A stretch of DNA of 64,000 bases from the human T2T-CHM13v2.0 reference genome, Homo sapiens. Below the pieces are notes generated by a model that saw only the letters and a list, made by a program, of their open reading frames with translations, was not told the origin of the DNA and ran no database searches. The stretch lies in assembly GCF_009914755.1 (NCBI RefSeq), contig NC_060947.1, one strand, 5' to 3'. Below are positions 51,299 to 64,000 of this stretch, piece after piece. The position numbers and the translations under genes were made by a program. Each line of letters begins with the position of its first letter. The stretch's first letter is position 1.

Positions 51299-53319
51299 GA
51301 TCTCAAATTAACAATCTAATTTGATACCTAAAGAAACTAAGACAAAAAAAGAACAAATAAACCCCAAAGCTAGCAGAAGAAAAGAAATAAATTAGAGAAC
51401 TTAAACTGAGATGCAAAAATCCATACAAAAAATCAATAAAACAAATAATTGGCTCGAAACAATAAATAAGATTGATAGATTGCTAGCTAGATTAATAAAG
51501 AAAAAAGAAAATTCACATAAATACAATCAGAAATGACAAAGATGACGTTACATCTGATCTCACAGAAATACACAAGATCCTCAGAGAATACTATGAACAA
51601 CTCTATGTACTCAAATTAGAAAATCTAGAGGAAATGGATAAATTCCTGGAAACACACAGTCTTCCAAGGTTGAATTAGGAAGGTATTAAAACCCTGAATA
51701 GACCAATATCAAACTTGGAAATTGAATCAGTAATAAAAACCTATCAACCAATAAAAGCCCTGGACCAAATGGATTCACAGCCAAATTCTACCAGATATGT
51801 AAAGAAGAACTGGTATCAATACTACTGAAACTGTTCCAAAAAAATAGAGGAAGAGAGATATCTCCCTAACTCACTCTACGAGGTCAGCATCAGCCTAATA
51901 CCAAAATCTGGCAGACATGTTGAAGAAAGAAATCTTCAGGCCAACATCCCTGATGAAAACAGATGCAAAAATCTTCAACAAAGCACTAGCAAACCAAATT
52001 CAGCAGCACATCAAAAAGTTAATTCATCATGATTGATTAGGCTTTGTTCCTGGGATGCAAGGTTGGCTCAACATATGCAAATCAATAAATGTGATTCACT
52101 ATGTAAATAGAGTTAAAAGCCAAAGCCATATGATCATCTCAATAGACACAGAAAGTTTTTGATAAAATCCAACATCCCTTCATGATTTAAGAAAAAAAAA
52201 ACCTCAACAGGCTAGGCATTTAAAAAACATACTTCAAATTAATAAGAGCCATATATGACAAACCCACAGCCAATATCATGCTAAACAGTCAAAAGCAGGA
52301 ACTATTCCCCTTGAGAAGTGGAACAAGACAAGGATGTCCACTCTCACCACTTCTATTCAACATAGTTCTGAAAATCTTAGCCAGAGCAATTAGGCAAGAG
52401 AAAGAAATCAAAGGCATCCAAATAAGAAAAGGAGTCAAATTATCTCTCTTCACTGACAATATGATTCTATACTTAGAAAACCGTAAAGACTTTGCCAAAA
52501 AGCTACTAGAACTGATACATGATTTTAGCAAGGTTTCAGAATACAAAATAAATGTGCAAACTCAGTAGCATTTCTATAAACCAATAACGCCCAGGCTGAC
52601 AGTAAAACCAAAAGCACAATCCCATTTACAACACCCACAAATAAAATGAAATACCAAGGAATACAGCTAACCAAGGAGGTGAAAGATCTTTACAAGGAGA
52701 ACTACAAACCACTGCCGAAATAAATCAGAAATGACACAAATAAGTGTAAAAACATTCCATGCTCATGGATTGGAAGAATCAATATTGTTAAAATGACCAT
52801 ACTGCCCAAAGCAATTTACAGATTCAACACTATTCCTATCAAACTATTGACATCATTATTCACAGAATTAGGGGAAAAAACTATTCTAAAATTTATATGG
52901 AACTAAAAAAGAGCATGGATAGCCAAAGCAATCTGAAGCAAAAAGAACAGCACACTACCCAACTTTATGCTACAGGGCTACAGTAACCAAAACACCATGG
53001 TACTGGCTCAAAAACAGACACATAAAACAATGGAGCAGAACAGAAAACTCATAAATAAAGTCACACACCTACAACCACCAGATCTTCAAAAAGGCCAACA
53101 AAAATAAGCAATGGAGAAAGGGCTCCCTATTAAATAAATGGTGCTGGGATAACAGGCTATCCATCTACAGAAGAATGAAAACTATACCCTTACTTTTCAT
53201 CATATTCAAAAAATAACTCAAGGGATTAAAGATTTAAATGTAAGACCTCAAAGTATAAAAATCCTAGAAAACCTAGGAAATACCCTTCTCAACATCTGCC
53301 TTGGCAAAGAATTTATGGC

Positions 53320-55694
53320 TGATATGGTTCAGCCATGTCCCCACCCAAATCTCACCTTGAATTATAATAATCCCCACATGTCAAAGGCAGGGCCAGGTGG
53401 AAATAATTGAATCATGGGGAAGTTTCCTCTATACTGTCCTTGTGGTAGTGAATAAGTCTCACAAGATCTGATGCTTTTATAAATGGGAATTCCCCTGCAC
53501 AAGCTATCTTGCCTGCCGCCATGTAAGATGTGACTTTGCTCTTCATTCACCTTCTGCCATGATTGTGAGGCCTCCCTAGCCATGTAGAATTGTGAGTAAA
53601 TTAAACCTATTTCCTTTATAAATTACCTAGTCTCAGGTATGTCTTTATTAGCATAAGAATAGACTGATACAGTAAATTGGTACTGGTAGAGTGGAATGCA
53701 GCTGTAAAGATACATGAAAACGTGAAAGTGACTTTGGAACCAGGTGACAGGCAGAGATTGGAAGAGTTTGGAAGGCTCAGAATAAGGTAGAAAAATGTGG
53801 GCAAGTTTATAACTTCCTAGAGACTGGGAGGGCTCAGAAGAAGGCAGAAAGATGTAGGAAAGTTTGCAACTTCCTAGAGACTTGTTGAATGGCTCTGACC
53901 AAAATGCTGATAGTGATATGGACAATAAAGCCCAGGCTGAGGTGGTCTCAGATGGAGACGAGGAACTCATTGGGAACTGGAGCAAAGGTGATTCTTGCTA
54001 TGTTTTAGCAAAGAGCTTGGCGGCACTTTGTCCCTGCCCTAGAGATCTGTGGAACTTTCAACCTGAATGAGATGATTTAGGGTATCTGGTGGAAGAAATT
54101 TCTAAGCAGCAAAGCATTCAAGAGGTGACTTGGGTGCTGTTAAAAGCATTCAGTTTTATGCATTCACAAAGATATGGTTTGGAATAGGAACATATGTTTA
54201 AAGGGGAAGCAGAGCATAAAAGTTTGGAAAATTTGCAGCTAGAAGATCCGATAGAAAAGAAAAACACATTTTCTGAGGAGAAATTCAAGCCAGCTGCAGA
54301 AATTTGCATACATAACAAGGAGCCAAATGTTAATCACCAACACAGTGGGGAAAATGTCTCCAGGGCATATCGGAGGTCTTCACAGCAGTCCCTCCCATCA
54401 CAGGCCTGGAGACCTAGGAGAAAAAATGATTTAATGGGCAGGGCCCAGGGCCTTGCTGCTTTGTGCAGTCTCGGGACTTGGTGCCCTGCATCCCAGCCAT
54501 GGCTAAAAGGGGCCAATGTAGAGCTTAGGCCATTGCTTCAGAGGATGCAAGCCCCAAGTCTTGGTGGCTTCCATGTGGTGTTGGGCCTGTGGGTGAACAA
54601 AAGTCAAGTATAGAGGTTTGGGAACCCCTACCTAGATTTTAGAGGATGTATGGAAACATCTGGAAGTCCAAGCAGAAGTCTGCTGGAGGGACAGAGCCCT
54701 CATAGAGAACCTCTGTTAGGGCAGTGTGGGAGGGAAATGTAGGGGTGGAGCCCCCAACACAGAGTTTCCACTGGGGCACTGCCTAGTAGAACTGTGAGAA
54801 GAGGGCCACCATCCTCCAGACCCCAGAATGGTAGATTCACCGACAGCTTGCACCAGGTGCCTGGAAAAGCTGCAGACACTCAATGCGAGTCCATGAAAGC
54901 AGCTGGGAGGGAGGCTGTACCCTGCAAAGCCACAGGGGCAGAACTGCCCAAGGCTGTGGGAGCCCATCTCTTGCATCAGCATGACCTGGATGTGAGACAT
55001 GGAGTCAAGAGTGATCATTTCAGGGCTCTGAGATTTGACTTCCCCATTGGATTTTGGACTTGCATGGGGCCTGTAGCCCCTTCGTTCTGGCCAATTTCTC
55101 CCATTTGGAATGGGTATTTACACAATGCCCATACCTCCATTATATCCAGGATGTAACTAACTTGCTTTTGATTTTATAGGCTCATAGGTGGAAGGGACTT
55201 GACTTGTCTCAAATGAGACTTTGGACTGTGGACTTTTGAGTTGATGCTGAAATGAGTTAAGACTTTGAGGGCTGTTGGGAAAGCATGATTGGTTTTGAAT
55301 TGTGAAGATATGAGGTTTTGGAGGGACCAGGAGTGGAATGATATGGTTTGGCTGTGTCCCCACCCAAATCTCACCTTGATTTGTAATAACCCCCATGTGT
55401 CAAGGGTGGGGCCAGGTGGAGATAATTGAATCATGGGTGCAGTTTCCCCAATACTGTTCTCATGATAGTGAATAAGTCTCAGGAGATCTGATGGTTTTAT
55501 AATTGGGAGTTCCCTTGCACAAGCTCTCTTGCCTGCTACTATGTAAGATGTGACTTTGCTCCTCATTCACCTTCCACCATGATTGTGAGGCCTCCCCAGC
55601 CATGTGGGACTATGAGTCAATTAAACCTCTTTCATTTATAAATTACCCAGTCTTAGGTATGTCTTTATCAGCAGCATGAGAACAGACTAATACA
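53320..55694 (+). mobile_element. Complete THE1 (THE1C-like): LTR 53320-53671, internal region, LTR 55339-55694
   Basis: Paired LTRs TGATATGGTT...ATACA, TSD ATGGC, MaLR internal peptides (QAEVVSDGDEELIGNWSKG). Confidence 0.93.
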
Positions 55695-55926
55695 ATGGCT
55701 AAGTGCCCAAAAGCAATTGCAACAAAAACAAAAAATTGAAAAATGGGACCTAATTAATAAACAGATTCTGCACAGCAAAAGAAATCATCAACAGAGTAAA
55801 CAGACAATCTACAGAATGGGAGAAAATATTCACAGACTATATATCCAAAAAAGGTCTAATATCCAGAATATACAAGGAATTGAAACAAATCAACAAGCAA
55901 AAAACAATCCCATTTTTTTAAATGAG

Positions 55927-57106
55927 CATTTCTCTAATAATCAGTGATATTGAGCTTTTCTCATATATTTGTTGGCTGCATGAATGTCTTCTTTTGGAAC
56001 GTGTCTGTTCATGTCCTTTGCCCACTTTTTCATGGGGTTGTTTGTTTTTCTTGTAAATTTGTTTAAGTGCCTTGTAGACTCTAGATATTAGACCTTTGTC
56101 AGATAACTGGATTGCAAAAATTTTCTCCCATTCTGTAGGTTTTCTGTTCACTTTGATTATAGTTTCTTCTGCTGTGCAAATGCTCTTCAGTTTAATTAGA
56201 TCTCATTTGTCAGTTTTTGCTTTTGCTGCAATTGCTTTTGGTGGTTTCATCATGAAATCTTTGCTCGTGCCTATGTCCTGAGTGGTACTGCCTAGATTTT
56301 CTTCTAGGGTTTTTACAGTTTGAGGCTTTACACTTAAGTCTTTAATCCATCTTGAGTTAATTTTTGTATAAGGTGTAATCAAAATCACAATGAGATACCA
56401 TATCACACCAATCAGAATGGCAATTATTAAAAAGTCAAGAAACAACAGATGCTGGCAAGGTTGTGAAGGAAAAGGAACAGTTTTACACTGTTGGCGGGAA
56501 TGTAAATTAGTTCAACCATTGTGGAAGATAACGTAGTGATTCCTCAAAGAGATAAAGACAGAAACACCATTTGACCCAGCAATCCCATTACTGAGTATAT
56601 ACCCAAAGGAATATAAATCATTCCATTATAAAGATAACTGTATGCGTATGTTGATTGAAGCGCTATTCACAATAGCAAAGATATGGAGTCAACCTAAATG
56701 CCTATCAATGATAGACTGGATAAAGAAAATGTGGTACATATATACCATGGAATACTATGCAGCCATAAAAAGTAAAAAAGAGCATGTCCTTTGCAGGGAC
56801 ATGGATGGACTGGAAGCCATTATCCTCAGCAAACTAATGCAGGAACAGAAAACAAAATACCAGAAGTTCTTGTTTATAAGTGTGAGCTAAATGGTGAGAA
56901 CACATGGACACATAAAGGGGAACAACACACATTGGGGCCTTTTGGAGGGTGGAGGGTTGGAGTGCATCAGGAAGAATAGCTAATGGATGCTGGGCTTAAT
57001 ACCTAGGTGATGGGTTGATTTGTGCAGCAAACCACCATGGCACACATTTACCTATGTAACAAACCTGCACATCCTGCACATGTACCCTGGAACTTAAAAT
57101 AAAAGT
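55927..57106 (+). mobile_element. 5'-inverted (twin-primed) L1PA: inverted part ~55927-56377, forward part ~56378-57106
   Basis: The antisense segment ends at L1 position ...AGAGAAATGC and the sense segment begins AATCAAAATCACAATGAGATACC, contiguous in L1; TSD approximately AAATG(A/G)GCA. Confidence 0.85.
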
Positions 57107-57519
57107 TGATGGAAAAAATGGGCAAAGGACATGAACAGACAATTCTCAAAAGAACACGTACATACAGCCAATAAGCATAGGGAAAAAGCTCAATATCACT
57201 GATTATTAGAGAAATGCAAAGCAAAACCACAACAATATAGCATCTCACACAAGTCAGAATGACTATTAGAAAAAGTTGAAAAGCAACAGATGCTAGTGAG
57301 GCTGCAGAGAAAAGGGAACACTAATATACTGTTGGTGGAAATGAAAATTAATTCAGCCACTGTAGAGAGCAGTTTGGAGATTTCTCAAAGAACTAAGAAT
57401 TAAACTATCATTTGACCCAGCAATCCCGATACTGGGTGTATATCCAAAGGGAAATAAATCATTCTACCAAAAAGACACATGCACCCATATGTTCATTGCA
57501 GTACTATATTCAAAATTGC

Positions 57520-57815
57520 AGGCTGAGCACTATGGATCACGCCTGTAATCCCAGCACTTTGGGAGGCCAAGGCGGGCGGATTGCCTGAGGTCAGGAGTTT
57601 GAGACAAGCCTGGCCAACGTGGCGAAATCTCATCTCTACTAAAAATACAAAAATTAGCCGGAGATGGTGGTGGACACCTGTAATTCCAGCTACTGGGGAG
57701 ACTGAGGCAGGAGAATCACTTGAACTGAGGAGGTGGATGTTGTAGTGAGCCAAGATCATGCCACTGCACTCCAGCCTGGGCAACAGAGCGAGACTCTGTC
57801 TCAAAAAAAAAAAAA
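57520..57815 (+). mobile_element. AluS
   Basis: Alu dimer. Confidence 0.94.
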
Positions 57816-58194
57816 TAGAAAAGACATGGAATCACCTATGTGCCCATAAATGGTATATTTGATAAAGAAAATGTGGTACAAATACACCATGGAATACTAT
57901 GCAGCCATAAAAAGAATGAAATCATGTCCTTTGCAGCAACATGGATGGAACTGGATGCCATAATCCCAAGAGAATTAACACAGGAACAGAAAACCAAATA
58001 CCACATGTTCTCGCAAGTAAGAGCTAAAGATTGAGCACACATAGATATAAAAATGGGAACAATAGACCCTGTGGACTACTAGAGGTGGGAGGGGGTGAGG
58101 GAGAGTGGATTGAAAAACTTCCTAATGGGCACTAGACTCACTATAATATACCCATGTAACAAACCTGCACATGTACCCTCTATATCTAAAATAA

Positions 58195-58505
<311 letters not shown>

Positions 58506-58565
58506 AAAAGTTGAAATTTTTTTAATGAGACAGAGATATTGGATCCTGAAAAGAAAAGAAATCAA

Positions 58566-61375
<2,810 letters not shown>

Positions 61376-61552
61376 CTACACGACACCATAATCCTTGCGA
61401 TCACCCAATCTAGAAACTTGGGAGTTATCCTCCCTCATTTGCCATGTTGTGACTCCACAATGAGTCATCAATTCTTATAGATTTTACTTCCTCAACAACT
61501 CATATCTATCACCAGTGCTCATATCATTTCTTAAAGCATGTAATAGTTCCCT

Positions 61553-61662
61553 TTTTTTTTTTTAGATGAAGTCTCACTCTGTCACCCAGGCGGGAGTGCA
61601 GTGGCATAACCTTGGCTCACTGCAACATCTGCCTCCTAGGTTCAAGTGATTCTCCTGCCTCA
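61553..61662 (-). mobile_element. Alu right-arm fragment
   Basis: Poly-T then GTCTCACTCTGTCACCCAGG...TCTCCTGCCTCA. Confidence 0.85.
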
Positions 61663-61846
61663 AAAGCCTATTTTCGTCATATAAAGTTCCTAAACAGGGA
61701 CATTCTCAGTTGCCTCTGTTATCATGGTAGTTTTGTTCACCATATATTTTGAGATGGGTTTTTTGAGCTCTCATTACCTTTATAGTTTATAACATAGTTG
61801 CCTACTGAAGTGTATTTATTTTGTAATAAAGGCTACCATTACCAAA

Positions 61847-63997
61847 TGATAGGTTTGGCTCTGTCCCCACCCAAATCTCATCTTGAATTTCCATGTGTTG
61901 TCGGAGGGACCCAGTGGGAGATCACTGAATCATGGGGGCAAGTCTTTCTCAGGCTCTTCTCATGATAGTGAATAAGTCTCACAAGATCTGATGGTTTTAA
62001 AAAGGGGAGTTCCCCTGCACAAGCTCTCTTCTCTTGTCTGCCACCATGTGAGATGTACCTTTCACCTTCCACCATGATTGTGAGGCCTCCTCAGCCATGT
62101 GGAACTGTAAGTCCAATAAAACTCTTTCTTTTGTAAATTGCACAATCTTGGGTATGCCTTTATCAGCAGCATGAAAACGGACTAATACAGTAAATTGGTA
62201 CCAGTAGAGTGCAGTGCTGCTGAAAAGATACCCGAAAATGTGGAAATGACTTTGGAACTTGATAACAGGCAGAGGTTGGAACAGTTTGGAGGGCTCAGAA
62301 GGAGACAGGAAAATGTGGGAAAGTTTGGAACTTCCTAGAGACTTGTTGAATGGCTTTGACAAAAATGCTGATAGTGATATGGACAATGAAATCCAGGCTG
62401 AGGTGATCTCAGATGGAGATGAGGAACTTGTTGGGAACTGGAGTGAGGGTTACTCTTGCTATGTTTTAGCAAAGATACTGGCAGCATTTTGCTCCTGCCC
62501 TAGAGATTTGTGGAACTTTGAACTTGAGAGAGATGATTTAGGGTATCTGGTAGAAGAAATTTCTAAGCAGCAAAGCATTCAAGAGATGACTTGGGTGTTG
62601 TTAAAGGCATTCAGTTTTAAAAGGGAAACAGAGCATAAAAGTTTGGAAAATTTGCAGCCTGACAGTGCAATAGAAAAGAAAATCCCATTTTTTAAGGAGA
62701 AATTCAAGCTGGCTGCAGAAATTTGCATAAGTAACAAGGAGCTGAATATTAATCACCAAGACAATGGGGAAAATATCTCCAGGGCATGTCAGAGACCTTT
62801 GTGGCAGCCCCTCCCATCACAGGCCCAGAGGTTTGGGAGGATAAAATTGTTTTGTGGGCTGGGCCCAGTGTCCCTCTGCTGTGTGCAGTCTAGGGGCTTA
62901 GCGCACTGCATCCCAGCCACTTCAGCTGTAACTAGAGAACCTCAGCCTAGATTTCAGAAGATGTATGGAAAAGGCTGGATGTCCAGGCAGAAGCTTGCTG
63001 CAGGGGTGGGCCCTCATGAAGAACCTCTGCTAGGGCAGTGCAGAAGGGAAATGTGGGGTCAGAGCCCCCACACAGAGTCCCTACTAGGGCAGTGCCTAGT
63101 GGAGCTGTGAGAAGAGGGCCACTGTCCTCCAGATCTCAGAATGGTAGATCCATTGACAGCTTGCACCGTGCACCTGGAAAAGCCACAGACACTCAATGCC
63201 AGCCTGGGAAAGCAACCAGAAGGGAGGCTATACCCTGCAAAGCCACAGGGGATGAGTTGCCCAAGACCATAGGAAACCACCTCTTGCATCAGCATGACCT
63301 GGATGTGAGACACGGAGTCAAAGGAGATCACTTTGGAGCTTTAAGATTTGACTGCCCCGCTGGATTTCAGACTTGCATGGGGCCTATAGTCCTTTGTTTT
63401 GGACAACTTCTCCCATTTGAAATGGCTGTATTTAAACAATGCCTGTACCCCCATTGTATCTAGGAAGTAACTAACTTGCTTTTGATTTTACAAGCTCATA
63501 GGTGGAAGGGACTTACCTTGTCTTGAATGAGATTTTGGACTGCAGACTTTTGAGTTAATGCTGAAATGAATTAAGACTTTAGGGGACTGTTGGGAAGGCA
63601 TGATTGGTTTTGAATTGTGAGGACATGAGATTTGGGAGAGGCCACGGGTGGAATGACATGGTTTGGCTGTGCCCCAACCCAAATGTCATCTTGAATTTCC
63701 ATGTGTTGTGAGAGGGACCCAGTGGGAAGTAATTGAATTATGGGGATGGGTCTTTCCCATGCTGTTCTCATGATAGTGAAGAAGTCTCACAGTATCTGGT
63801 GGTTTTATAAAGGGGAGTTCCCCCGCACAAGCTTTGTTCTCTTGTCTGCTTCCATGTGAGGCGTGCCTTTCACCTTCCACCATGATTGTGAAGCCTCCCA
63901 AGCCACGTGGAACTGTAAGTCCAATAAACCTCTTTCTTTCGTAAATTGCTCAATCTTGGATATGTCCTTATCAGCAGTGTGAAAATGGACTAATACA
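61847..63997 (+). mobile_element. Complete THE1 (THE1B-like): LTR 61847-62189, internal region, LTR 63654-63997
   Basis: Paired LTRs; left flank CCAAA and right flank CCA (cut by the window end) fit a 5-bp TSD; MaLR internal ORF 62259-63110. Confidence 0.93.
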
Positions 63998-64000
63998 CCA

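Overview
This is primate (human or great-ape-like) intergenic DNA made almost entirely of nested transposable elements: L1, Alu, L2, MIR, MaLR and ERV LTRs. I see no intact host protein-coding gene. The most notable object is a ~3.3 kb non-autonomous HERV-K (LTR14/HML-1-like) provirus at 20537-23821 on the minus strand. It has two LTRs, a tRNA-Lys PBS, a PPT and a 5-bp TSD. Its gag-pro-pol region is replaced by an intronless piece of TRPC6 mRNA that still reads as a 304-codon ORF. Compared with TRPC6 as I recall it, that cargo carries clustered sense-strand A-to-G changes, which looks like fossilised ADAR hyper-editing. Other items: an AMD1 processed pseudogene with a remnant of the MAGDIS uORF, a full-length L1PA, a full-length L1MA nested in an older L1, two complete THE1 elements, an Alu-L1 chimeric insertion with one shared TSD, a twin-primed L1, Alu-associated deletions, and several short locally duplicated segments. 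Subfamily calls and comparisons to parent genes are from memory and need confirming by alignment.
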